Positions 20,177 through 32,847 of a DNA stretch of 64,000 nucleotides are shown piece after piece; positions within the stretch are counted from its first letter, which is position 1, and the number at the start of each line of letters is the position of its first letter. The notes below the pieces were generated by a model. The model had not been told where the DNA came from. It worked only from the letters and a program-made list of their open reading frames with translations, and did no database searches. The DNA lies in contig JBEWZL010000232.1 in the NCBI GenBank assembly GCA_045837725.1, positions 310,001 to 374,000 of the forward strand, given 5' to 3'. This stretch comes from Vermamoeba vermiformis. Taxonomy: Eukaryota. A program made the translations under genes and the position numbers.

Positions 20177-23100
20177 ATGACAACACCACGCACGAGCGGT
20201 GCATTAGTGGTCACGGACCAAAAGACCAAACAGTTGTTTAGCACTAATTCAGTTGAGGAGATTAGGAAAATCGAACATCAAACGAGGTACGAGCTGCATC
20301 TAGTCAAATTGAATGTTGCGTTGTTTTTGGCTCAGAATTTAATGTGAAATATTCGTATTTAATTTTTACAACATAGAAATGAGATCGAAGTGAAGAAAGA
20401 AGACTTGAGAAAGCTGATCAGGTAATTATTGAAATTTGATATTTTTTTTCTAACACTACTGACGTAATCACATTTATCAGCTCTCGTTATCGCGATTTGA
20501 TTGAATCAGCAGACACCATATTTGAAATTCAACGAGCTGCAGAGGGTTTAGCAAGCAAATTGACATTTATTAAAGATCAATGCGCACACGTCGCAGATTC
20601 AAAGCCAAAAAGCAATGAATTGAGCGAAGGTAATGAATATATTGTGGTATATAATTATTTAACAATATAACAGCTCTGAAACAACAACAAACACGTGCCC
20701 AAGTCGCCAACAAGATCCGCACCCTTATTGAGACTCCTGAACAGGTATAGTTAAATAATTACGTGTAAGAAAATCATTTATGCTAATAAATTCAATATCT
20801 GCGTAGATCTGGACCGCTGTTGAAGACCACGACTATATTTCAGCGACAGTGTTGTACCTCACAGCGAAGCAGATCTACACTGACCTCACAACCTCTGAGG
20901 ACGAAGAGACTAAAAAGACTTTGGTAAGACTCTTGGACAGGACTTAATGCACGATAAGACTCACTCTTAATATAGAAATCATCACCAATTGTGGAGGAGC
21001 AATGGCGAGGTTTGCAACAGTTTCCAAAACGAATTCTTCGATTCAGCAAAAACAGATTAAAGTCCAGTCAATTGACTGAGAAGGTAGTGTCTATGTGAAT
21101 GATATGATAGCATAACGGTACTAATAGTGTTGTTACTAGGAACACGCAGGTGCACTCGTGTCGATCATGAAGCTCGAGGCCCGCACACCGATGCAAGTGT
21201 TGATGGACTTTTTGAGCGCACGTCGCACAGCACTAGAACAGATTGTTGATAAACTGCGCGACTGTGCAACGCGAACAGATTTGACAGATGTCACTAGAAG
21301 CGATGAAGTTGTGCGGCTGATCTGCTCTTTCTGTCGGTACGTACTAGGCTTGCATATTATACTGTGGCACATAGGGTTTTAACAAAGACTGCTTAGTTCG
21401 TTACAACTGACGGTCTATTTAATTGGCGCAATATTCTTGCCGGACTCGTTCAAGATTGCAGCCCTTGAAATAGCGCACAACAAGATCAGTCCCAGACCTG
21501 CTGAGACACCGCGTGACAAGCCGTTGATTTACGCACTGTTGGATGAAGTGTCTGAACGTATCGAAGGTACAATAATAACGGAATCACGTGCCTTCAGGTC
21601 GCTAATCCACCTCATGCTAGGCAAACAAGTCGAGTACAGCATGATTGCTGCAGCCAATGTGCAGAGTCTGTGCTACGAGTGGATCAAAAAGAACACTAAA
21701 ATGTTGCACGAAGGAGCGTTCAGTGCTGTTGTCACCGCGAAAGAGTTGACAGCGATTGAAACAGCGGTCATCAAACAAATCAGAAATCCATTCGTTAATA
21801 TCAACAAGTAAGTCAAACATATTATCTAGTATGCGAGGTACTAATATGGATCTATTAGGGAGGAGATGATTTTGGATCTGAAGGCCTCACAAGAGTTGCC
21901 TGCTTGGGACTCGGTAAGTTTATTATGGTAAAACTTTTCATTATTTTTTCATTAATTCTTGTTATAGATCGCAATGACAGTCACCAATCACTCGATTGAC
22001 TTGTGGGAGACATTCTTCCGTCACGCGTTCAACGACGCAGCACAACGCATCATCACGCTGTACTTTGAACAGGTGGATCTGGTCTCGAAGATTGAACACT
22101 CGTTAGCTGAGATTGCTGGTGATCGCACCAAAGGATTCGTGCCTGAAGGTAAGATAGCTCAAAACTAAGTAAAGAGCGTTCGATTCACTGACACATTGGC
22201 CGCAGAACATAATGTCTCAGAGTTCGTGTGGACTACAGTCTCAGAGGCATCAACAATCAACACGCGCAAGTTGACCAGTCGCGTTGTCGTGCCTCGAACG
22301 AACACTGTTCAACGTGCATTTGAGTCGCAGTTGAATCGTGTCATTGAGGACTTGAGCTCGTTGATCGAGCCCAAGGATAAAACCGCCGTCTTTCACAGCA
22401 GCAAATTCCAGTAAGTTCTGACCCATGCATTACGACTCTTTGCTAAACAAGTGCTATTAGGGACGTGCAAGGTCTTCGTGCATTTATTCGTCAATCGTGC
22501 ATGACCAAAGTCTCCAAGCTGATGCAAGAAATTGACACGCGCATTGAACAGTTCAGTCAACAAGTTCAACAAGACAACTCTGACTGGCTCACTAGCATTG
22601 CGACTCCAGTCGACTATTGCTTGTTCATTGGTCACACATTGCGCGTCATTGCCTCGTACTCGACACAACTTCAGACCATCTTAGCTGACTCAGTGGACAG
22701 CGCTCGATTGGCAGGACAATTGCACACTCAGATCAGTCCCTCGACCTTGTACATTCAAACCAAGAAAGTCATCGAGAAGACAGCAGCCAATGCATTCCAT
22801 GTCTGGGTGCAATGGCTGGTACGACAACTTGTGCTGCACGAGGGCAGATTTGCAGCTGACCCTAACGAGCTCGGAAGCGGCTCCTTGTTGACTCCTCACC
22901 TCGTGCCCGTAGCTGCCGTGAAGAAGTCGTGGATGGAAATTAAGATCAAGGCCGAGAGCGGCGCTGACACTGAAGAGTTTGTGCCACATCAACCTTCATC
23001 AGCTGTCAACAGCTTCTTGTTGTTTTTGGTCGAAGAGTTGAATCGTGTTGGCGCTCATGTCCTCAACAAGGTAAGAGCTACATCCATATATTAATATGAC

Positions 23101-24072
23101 CCTAATGTATTTTGACAGCACGTGATCCAACATCTTAACCACGAGTTGACCACAGCTCTGGTCGAGTTATTAGAAGGCTGGTTCAAGACTCACACGAATC
23201 TTTTGAGCAAAGAGCACGTGATCCAGTTCTGGTTTGACACGCGCTTCTTATTTGACGTGTTGAGTGGTCGAGTCGTCACTTCAGACACCGAGCACGGTGA
23301 TCACGAAGAAGACCCTGAAGTGCGCGAGATGATTGCTTGGAAGAAACGACTAGACAAGTTCTACAACATTGTTAAACAACAGGCAAGTTATATTAGAACC
23401 GTACTTCTTAACGTTGTTCTAATGTCATTCGTGCAGTTGGATCCCGTTGACATATCCTTCTACGAGCCTCACATCAAGACTAACATCAAGACATGCTACA
23501 GCCGTACACGTGTGTTGTACGGTGCCTTGACACAGCTCAATCGATTGTACTCTGAGACGTAAGCAACATGTCACTTTGCATCCCTTGACACGTGTCATTC
23601 TAATGTTACCACACAGCGTGCCCAAGTCCACTGATCGTCCTAACATTATTCCTCTCGTGTCTACTGGTGCGCGATTCAACTACTTGCCAGTCTCAGCGCC
23701 ACAACAACAGCTCACACCACGTGCTAGCAAAGAGAAGTCTTTGTCCTTTGTCGCCAGTCCTCGTGTCTCGATAACAAATGCTCCTTCAACCGATGCACCT
23801 GTAAGACTAATTCTGTCTTTGTTTATGCTTTATAATGCCTTAATTCTTAATACCTGCAGGCCCAGAGCAAGTTGAACAAATTAGGTGAAACTATCTGGGG
23901 CAAGATCTCGGAGATTTCACTCCCGTCAGTGCTTACTGGCGACAAGCAAGGTACTATAGTCATAAAACATATAATACCTTTGAAGTTTCTTTGACGCTGA
24001 CACGCTCGTTGTTTAGCATCCGGATCGACGACGACGCAAGCGAAGCCGAAGAAAAAGAGTTGGTTTTCTTAA
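20177..24072 (+). CDS. COG1: Conserved oligomeric Golgi complex subunit 1
   Basis: Vps51/COG1 N-terminus LFSTNSVEEIRKIE..TRNEIEVKKEDLRKLISSRYRDLIESADTI, PEQIW, C-terminal IQFWFDTRFL and LDPVDISFYEPHI...RTRVLYGAL. Confidence 0.82.
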
Positions 24073-24550
24073 GGTATCAGTTGGACTAGTAAATAATTTT
24101 CACCGCACAAACCATCGTGCATTTGAAGATTTGGTGCCGCGAAATGTCATACATGGTGACACAAATCCGATCTCTAACGATTCCCGTAAGTCCAAACTTA
24201 AACCGTATTAATTCATATGTATATATCGATTTAATTTTAATTACTGGAATATTTTTGCCTCCATGATGAAATTACATAACATATTTGATTTGATTGGGAT
24301 CTTGTTTTCGGTAATAGTTGCCTTTGCGTGAATTCTAGTCTATAGCCAATTAAGGAAATGAATAGCGAGATGTGGTGCGCTACATACATCTCCCGGCAAA
24401 ATAGTGATTCCCTTACGGAGTGACAGTTGTCATAAAATTGTTTTGGACTTTCTATATTAGGAAAAAACAAACCAATTACAGTAACGCGACCTTGGTTCGC
24501 ATTAATTATTTCGTTTACTAGTACGTAGGAGGCACCACAACTCCGTCAAA

Positions 24551-26809
24551 ATGTTGCGCCAGATCTGCTTAATATTTTTGATCGGCGTCTTCATCCCTTC
24601 TGCGCTCAGTTTCGCAACATTTAAGGGTGCGGATGAGCGTCAAGGCACTTGGTCGGCGACACCTATTATACTAGAGAACAATGCGCATGCCTATGATCAT
24701 ATATTTGAAGGCACAATTGTGGATGAAAATTGCAACTGCAATAAGACTGGATTAGTCGTGCTTGTAGGCTTCTTTCAACGCGCGTACCAGCATTTAACGA
24801 GGATACAACAAAATGCAGGTGCAGCAGCAGTATTATTGAGTGGCATGCCTAATGACGGTAAGTCAGCGAATCCGATCGAAAATTAACATTAATGAAAATT
24901 AGAATTAGTTACTTCTTGTATACGATTTCATTATTTTACACTTCGATTAATTTATTGCGAAGCGGAAGCTGATGATTTCGCAATTTTGTGCTGGATAGTG
25001 ATCCGTTGCAGATTCCGTTTCTTTTTCAAATATGATCGAACCCGATTTATTATACTAGCATCATCTTTACTTACTAGCAAATTATTGTGGGCTATTCGTT
25101 TCTATTTATTTTTAGTTGATAGAAAAAGTCTATAAAAGGCAATTCGATCTGCGGAATTTAACTAACTTCCTTGCAGACACGCCAGGACAGCCTAATTTCC
25201 AGCTCGATGGTACAGGGACTAGTGACATAGTCATACCTATGTATAGTCTGCTGAATAAGGATTATTTGGTCATCGCTCCGGTAATTCAACAAGCACCTCT
25301 TGGTAGCATTCGTGTACGATTGGATCCAAACGGTATGAAGTTATAATATTATAGATATAGTAACACTATCACGCATAATCATTTTTATACCTTGCTAATT
25401 CGCTCGGTAAATTCGGACGTAGATTCAGTATCGAATCGAATAATATCGCGACTATTTCAATTATTATCATACTATTAATATCGCACAATGATATTTAACG
25501 ATTCTTGCTTCGTTCACGGCTCGTGGCATTCATAGTATTTCAAATTTACAACTTTATCGTTAGGAAAATACACTCGTAATTCACTTTTGAAGATTTTCGG
25601 GCAAAATGATTAAGGATTTGTGTCATATTAAGAGTACGATAATATGGAGCTATTTATACATTCGAATGGTCGAAATTAATCGATTTAAAATTAACTTGTT
25701 CGATTGATTAATTTGATTTCTTTCCAATTATAGAGATTAATCAATGGGGAGTTGCTAATGATGCAGCATACACGTTGTTTATTCAAATATTTATTGCTGC
25801 GGGCTCTGGAGTCAATCTCGGCCTCTCCATCTGGAAGTTGGTGCTTTGGTTCAAATTCAAAACATCCAGTTCCCCATTAGTGCCGCTTAGTTTGGGACTT
25901 CTTATTATGGGCAATGCAGGTATGCTTTTCTTAGCTTATTTCAGCTCGGATCTAACAAGTTCCAGAACGCTTTATCTACTGGGCTGTAGATCCGCTCTGG
26001 ATTCGACGCAGATTCACTACACCTATTCAGAACTTGTTATTAACACTCTCCTTGCCATTTTCATTCTCAGCGATGATCTTAATCGTCATGTACTGGTACG
26101 TAGAGCTATAATTCCTAAAAAGGAAATTATTTTCTGAGATTCATTTAGGTACCATCTCTTGACTGAGAATGAAATTCGCAAGCTGCAATCGACGTTCTTG
26201 GGCAAGTTGAACACCCCTGCGATAGTAGTCATCACATTCCTGCTGATATCTGAGATTGGTATGGGTGTTACGAGGGCACTCCAGATTTACTTGCCTTTGA
26301 GCGGCACTTCCGACGCAATTTTCTCCGCCGTGTCTGGTGTAATATATGCGCTCACTGGTCTACTCCTAGCTATATTTTTCTTCATTACCGCCAATAAGCT
26401 TCGAATTTTCTTGCACGAAAAGGCAGAACGCTGGTCCATCCCGCGCGATCGACTTCGAAAGGTAAAGAAAAGCAGTTAATAACCCTATTTATATCATATT
26501 AATATATTATACTAGATTATGACGTGTTTTACGATTATTGGCATTGGATCTTGCATGTTTATCGCAATGGCTGCAGGCACGGGTATTGTGCGCGAGCCAA
26601 TGGCGTTCAGAGTGGTGTTTTTCCTGGCATTTGTGGGCATTAATATACAAGACATCGCCATGATCCTCATCTTCGAGTTCAATACTAAGCCCAACTCTTC
26701 TGGCCGCAGCAAAAGTTCCGGCAAAGCGAGCGGATCCAACGATCCGACACAGACACGCGGACTGACTACTAATACAGCGCTGACGCCAAGGGATAATAAC
26801 ATTGTTTAA
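24551..26809 (+). CDS. Membrane protein: signal peptide, PA (protease-associated)-like ectodomain, about 7 TM helices
   Basis: Signal peptide. QQNAGAAAVLL...DIVIPMYSL PA-like motifs. Successive hydrophobic helices at 25775-26680 and a Ser/Thr-rich cytoplasmic tail. Confidence 0.6.
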
Positions 26810-27104
26810 TAGCACTATTGTACATAATAATAATCATTAAAATATTAATACGTCAATGATTTTCGTTCGTGCCAATGTTTTGTTCGTTTGGTCCCGTTTT
26901 AGATCTAGCTTAAGGGCCTTAAAAATTAATTGCAGCAACACTCCTGCTCTCGACATCGCTTTGAACGATACGATCTCGTTCGATATCAACATATATTACT
27001 AGCATTTGTATAGAAGTACCTAGGTACCTCCTCCATAACTGCTGCAAGTCACTTGCTTGGACACGCGTCAACCTTATATTGATTATTTCTATTAAAGAAT
27101 TAAG

Positions 27105-28228
27105 ATGGAACACATTTATGTACTTCCCAACGAAGTTTGGTGCGAAATATTTAAATTAATTTCAGATGTGGCTGATCTAATTCGGTAATTATTATTATTA
27201 CAAAAATAGCAGTGATCATAGAAGTTGCCAGAAGAAGAAAATGCAATAATTAATCATTTAATGACTAAATTTTAAATAGAATTCAAGCTGTATCGCGAGT
27301 TTGGCGGGATCAAATCTGGAACACTATTACAGCGCTAAATCTATCACCAATACAAAGGAAGCTTGATGAAAAGATACTACGCAGCATATTCACACCAACA
27401 AGATCCTTGAGGAAGTTGGATTTGACAGGTTGCACAAGACTTTCGGACGACGGACTTGCAGCTCTTCAACTAGTTCCAAAATTGACCTCATTGACACTAG
27501 CGTTCTGTAGTAACTTCACTGCTGAAGGCTTGGAGCATATATCATCGCTAAGTCAACTCGAAGAATTGGATTGCAACGGCTTATTTCAGGTCTGGAAACA
27601 TTTCGCTGCAGAGCAAGATTTATTGCCCCATCTGAAGTTACAGCGAAGTACTCTTAAGCGGCTCAATCTAAGTGGGGCATTGATCCATGAAATGGAGCGC
27701 ATAGTTCAATTTTCAAATCTAACTTCGCTGAATCTGCGTGGCTGTCCTTTTCTGAACGAAGGCGTTAGTCCTTACTTACCATTGAAGAAGCTCACTAACC
27801 TTCGTGCCCTTGATCTTAGCCATATGAGCGCTCGAACACTCTCGAACAAAGCGTTGTTAGAGCTCTCGATCGCGTTAACAAATCTGCAACAATTAGTGCT
27901 GGAGAAACAGAGCAAGTTAGAAAGCGATGGATTTGCTAATATATCTTGCTTGCAACATTTAGAATTGATCAATATTATGGGCATTCGGGGTCTTAACACC
28001 AGCGAAGTCGTAGCACATCTGCGTCACTGCACGAAACTAAAGACCTTAATGATCACTCCCAAGACTAAGCTACATACCTTGCGATCCAATACACCGCCGA
28101 GCTCTGATGGCGATAACTTGCTGACAGTAAGCCGTATTGAGGACGAATCCAGTACAAAAGCGTTCGATGACTTCAAAGAGATCAAAGCAGCGTTTGTGCA
28201 AGACATATGCATCATCACTAAGAAATAA
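27105..28228 (+). CDS. F-box/LRR protein
   Basis: MEHIYVLPNEVWCEIFKLI...IQAVSRVWR F-box, then LRRs (LRKLDLTGC, LTSLNLRGC). Confidence 0.85.
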
Positions 28229-28321
28229 AGAATACAGGAGTTCGTTTTATGGTACATTATTTAATTTTCAAGATCTTTGATCTATAAACTTAATTACGGA
28301 TCAAGAATACTATTTTTGTTA

Positions 28322-30405
28322 TTAAGAAGTTGAATCATGACTAGCGCGCAGTGAGTCTCTGTTGTTCGTATTATTCGCTTGCTCCGAGCAGTTGTCGGAC
28401 GAGCTGTAAATGCTGTCTGCGTCTTGGGGGAAACTGATATATGCGTCAACGGCCACTGGAGACTGAACCTCTTGTAGCCCAAGGACCCCTTGTGGCTGGT
28501 GTTGGTTTGGAGCTCCAACTGATCTCGTAACTTCTTGCATCGTGTTGATCATCTCAGCGTTGTGCTGTTGAATGCCATTGAAGTTCATCTCCGCGTCCTC
28601 TGCTAGCTGAATGACGTATTTCAACCGCGGAATAATGGCCCAGCAGAAGTACACGGGGTCACTGATGGCCATGTTAGCCATGACTTGCAGCCACTCCCAG
28701 ACGAGTACGTTAGCCCCCTGAGTGAATTCAGTGTCCACTTGTTGCTCGGGCTCCGCTGGTGTCGTGGCAAAGGGCTCGCCTTGCTGGGGTGTCATTGGGT
28801 GTGTCAGCCGTCTTGACTTGCGTGGCACTGTGTCTTCGTCCGAATCAACGAGTGCGTAGCTGCGCTTTCTTGATGATAAGTTAGCAGCACTCGGGGTCTT
28901 GGGCTCGTCGCTCTCTTCGTGGATCCAAGAGGTGAAGTCTTCGTCAGTACTATCGTAGTACCACTCGTTAGTATTCGTGTTAGTGTTGTTCTGCGCATTA
29001 GTGTTGTTGTGCCACTCGTTAGTATTCGTGTGAGTGTTGTTCTGCATATCCATGTTGTTGTGCCACCACTCGTTAGTGTTATTTTCTGTCTGGTGCTCAT
29101 ATGCATTATTGAGATGCATGTTGACGTTGTAGCCCTGAATGTGAGTGTTGTTCTTTTCAGGCACAGGGTCCTCGCATATCTGCAGGTAGTGCGTGCTGCT
29201 GCTTCGGACTTTGTACTCGGGGAAGTAGCACGATGCAGCAGCCATGTTGTGCGCATTGGTGTTCGTGACAGGAGTGTAGGACGGCTCATTAGCGTTGTTG
29301 TTCTGAGTGAGAATGGCGTCCTCTGTAATGTAGTGCAGCTCATTGGTGTTGTGCGTGTTGTCAGCTGGTTCTTGTTGGACCTCAAAGTGCGTGTCAAGAG
29401 TACCTTCGTGCTTGTTGTTCGTACAAGCCTCAGTGTTGCTAGCTGTGCTCGTATCGTCCTTCGTGGATGTACTAATGTGCAGCATGTATTTAGCGAACTC
29501 TGCGTCGTTTGTCAAGCCCTTCAACGACGCATTCGGATCTTTCAGATCGGAGATTCGGTAGTCTTCTGTTTTCTTCTTGGCGTCTGGCTCATCGAGTTTG
29601 TAATATTTCTTAATGTTAACAGGCATACTTGCCAGATTTTGTCGGAGCTCCTCAGCGCTGAGTGTCGTCTTGTTGAGCAGTCTTTCTTTCTCTACAGATG
29701 TAAGGCCTTTCTTTCTTCTTCCACTGACAGTATGCCTACGCATGCAAGCCATAATGAATGAAATAGTCCTATACTGTTTCGGCGTCAGGGTGATGCATTC
29801 ACTAAAATTAGATCGGGTTAGCAACCGAACGAATCTGTTTCTTGTGCCTTAGACTTACTTGACGTTATTTGGGACGATTATATGACATAGTTTAAGTAAG
29901 CGGCCTTTATCTTGTTTCATATACGCAGGGCATCCATCAGTTTTGCTCAAGTTCCAGATTTGGTTATAGATGGCAACCAAAATCTCAGCTGTAATGAGGC
30001 TCCAATCAATGTTAGCGGCATCATCGGGATTAATGACCTTGTAGTTGTAGTAGAGCGCAGCGAAGAATAGCAGAAGGGCCACTGGACCTGCATTGAAAAC
30101 TGGCCTGTCGATCTCCTGCTTTAAAGCTTTGCTGGATTAGAATCGTTGCTTAAAGCAGATATTATGCCTATTAACGCTAAATACATACCTTGGTTGTATT
30201 CTTCTTCAGTCGGGTTAGGATTAAGAGCGACATCCTGAGCTGGTTGGGTCAGATTTGCTTCCGTGAGAGCATCTTGGACTTGAGCTACAAGGTCCAGTTG
30301 TGCATTAAGAGCATCGGCTTGAGGAGCTGCAGGTTGAGCCGGATCTAAACCACCAGGACTAGGCGGATTTGATTCTTCGTTCTTGACGCGTGGCTTGTTT
30401 GACAT
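28322..30405 (-). CDS. Unknown family, paralog A (conserved N-terminal domain plus Asn/Gln/acidic tail)
   Basis: Long ORFs. Phase-2 intron 29858-29802. Shares W..I....IY.QIW..S...P.YM..DKGR..KL and FIMACMR with paralogs B and C. Confidence 0.75.
28961..29080. repeat. In-frame 51-54 bp tandem repeat (NEWHNN...NNT unit) within paralog A
   Basis: CCACTCGTTAGT recurs at 28961, 29012 and 29066. Confidence 0.8.
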
Positions 30406-31127
30406 TTGTTGTTGCTGGTTTGAACGAGTATTCTTTTAAGACGAAAAAAAATATTTAAGCATTCTTAGACTAACAAATCAAGCCAACAAAACAAATCAGT
30501 TGATTCTTAAATCTCAGATTTTGTACGGAGTAAAATTGTGATTCAATAACAAATCAAACAACCAAACCAAACCAGTTGTGGCGAGTCGAAAAACGCTTGA
30601 ATATGCATATATGGAATAAAATACGTATTGCACTGCTTATTGTGGCTGTGTCAAATTGAGCAAGATCTACTCGTGTCACTTTAAAATCCAGGAAGAAAAT
30701 TAGCTAAGTAATTATGCAAGATATGTCTGATTTTTTCAATTATATGCACAGATACATACCATTCTCATAATTGAGTGGCCTAAAGATTCACGAAACAAAC
30801 AAAAATTTGATTTGATCTGCACTCTGAAACCAAAAAGTGCCGTATTAACTGGTAACCCGATCATGAATATTCTTCTATTTTTTGTCGCATTTTTAATTCG
30901 AAATATTGAGCTTGTGACCAAAAATGCAACAAATCTGCTAGCCAAATTGATATCTATACTCGCTGAGTCCTATAGCAATCACGTGCATTGTAACAAAAAA
31001 ATATAATAAATAAGATGGTAGCGATTGCTGCGTTGTGCGCGTTTGAAAAATTTCGATTTGAAAAGAATCTAGCGAGCAGCAAGAGCTAAAAGCACAACCA
31101 CAGCTCAAGGACCTAGTTATTTTTCTA

Positions 31128-31433
31128 ATGTCCTCAGTAAATAATGATCCAACCAGGAACTACGTGCCACCACCTCCACCACCCGGATCGAACAAAGCCA
31201 AACTTCATATTGCGGAAGACCAAGATCTCTACGGAGGTTGGGGCCTCTTCGAAGTAAAGGACCTTAATGCATTCTACGGCTTAGGCTTTGCAGTGGATAG
31301 TATTGAGATTCAAGGCCAAAAAGTGACTGGATCGCACATGTTTTTGGTCGAAGAACTTCCTCATATTACTTTGTCAGATATTAATTCTGCCATAGCGAGA
31401 GGCGTTATTGTACAAAGTCACGTAGAATTGTAG
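31128..31433 (+). CDS. Small intronless hypothetical protein (101 aa, polyproline tract)
   Basis: ATG-started ORF with protein-like composition, followed by an AATAAA-like signal. Confidence 0.5.
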   Translation: MSSVNNDPTRNYVPPPPPPGSNKAKLHIAEDQDLYGGWGLFEVKDLNAFYGLGFAVDSIEIQGQKVTGSHMFLVEELPHITLSDINSAIARGVIVQSHVEL

Positions 31434-31610
31434 ATGGAGAAGCTCATAATAAATTTTACTGGCAATGTTCCGGTCAAAAGAAGCGAATCTTGCCCATTTA
31501 GTATTATTAATAAGACAAGACAGTAATACTATTAACACGATGTTTATTTACAAGTACATTTACAGCGCACAACTTGATACGAGAGCCACGCAATCGCTGT
31601 TCAAAATTGG

Positions 31611-32162
31611 TTACTGCTTGACTTCTTGCGAGCCTGACAGCACTTCAGTGGCAGTGTAGTTGTTGTCATCGTGCACGGACTGAGGCACGACACTGTTGTA
31701 CAAGTTCAGGGCGCTGGGCATGTCGTGTGCTGACATCTGCGCGACAGAGGTGTCAAAGGCCTCGAGCGATGCTTCACTGACACGTGTCACTTCACTGACA
31801 GGTGTCATTTGAGCGACAGGGGCATAGGACTGACTGCGTTGAGGACTCGTGTCAAGTGTTGCGCGCAATGCCTTGCGAGGGCCTTGTTGACAATGTTCGT
31901 TCGAGTCGTCTCGTGCACGCTTGCCCAGAGCACGCTCTCTGTGTTCGAACAAGCTTTGAAGGATAATTCGTTGTTCAGCAATATCTTGCTCGTCCATGTT
32001 GTCAAACGGAGAGGGGTTGAGAGGTTCGAGCCGATCTGGCGTGAGAGGTTGTGGCGTGTGGTCGAGATGATCAGGGTTCTCCTTCATATCTTGTTCAATC
32101 ACGTGTTGCTCGAAGAGTTCTTGGACGTCGATGAGATCGGTAATAGGAGTAATTGGTTCCAT
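31611..32162 (-). CDS. Acidic protein resembling only the C-terminal half of the paralog family
   Basis: GKRARDDSNEHCQQGPRKALRATLDTSP aligns with KRK..SD...QGSCKSPRLTLATTP (B) and KKRR..GHGPHKSLRVGVETTP (C). Confidence 0.6.
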   Translation of the reverse strand: MEPITPITDLIDVQELFEQHVIEQDMKENPDHLDHTPQPLTPDRLEPLNPSPFDNMDEQDIAEQRIILQSLFEHRERALGKRARDDSNEHCQQGPRKALRATLDTSPQRSQSYAPVAQMTPVSEVTRVSEASLEAFDTSVAQMSAHDMPSALNLYNSVVPQSVHDDNNYTATEVLSGSQEVKQ

Positions 32163-32847
32163 GCTGATGAGTTAGATGTGAGTGGAGGTAGTTGCTCTTG
32201 TTGTTTATCAGTTGCGATTTGTATGAAAATAAATGTCACCCAAAACCTGTCTTTTAAAGCAATTCTACAATCAAATCAACAAATGAACCACAAAAGAATT
32301 CACAAAGTTGATCTTCAGATCAAATCACGAGGTTCGCAAAACAAAATTGACCAATAGGAAATCGTTAATTAACATCAAGATGCTTACTCGTTGCTAGCAA
32401 TTAATCGGCTCTAGTAGGCAAGCAATATCATGAATTTTAATTAATTATTTTTCGCTGGCATCCGTGGTTCTACTTTGCCAATAAATTCCTAATACTGACA
32501 GTGATTTTATGTGTTGAGTATGTTTTAAATCTTGGAGACCCGTCTACTTGATTTGTTTCAAAATAATACATCTGGCTCTCTTTGATGATAAACCAGTCAC
32601 TGCCATGGCACACCGCGGATAACATTTAATTAAGAGGTGAGTGGTGTTGTAACGCGTTATGATCAAGCAAAAAAACGGAAGGAAAATTCAAAACCGGCGC
32701 GTGTCTACAAAATTCATCGCTAGAACTAATGTAACACTATACCGAGCATGTCATAAATAATTTAATGATAAAACCTAAAGATATCTACAACTAATACTAC
32801 AATCTACAAACTAATCCGATAGTCAGATCTCCAAGCACAGCAGTGAA

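Noticed and set aside
28804-29852. Alternative-frame and antisense ORFs of 197 and 280 aa
   Set aside because: By-products of the low-complexity coding strand of paralog A.
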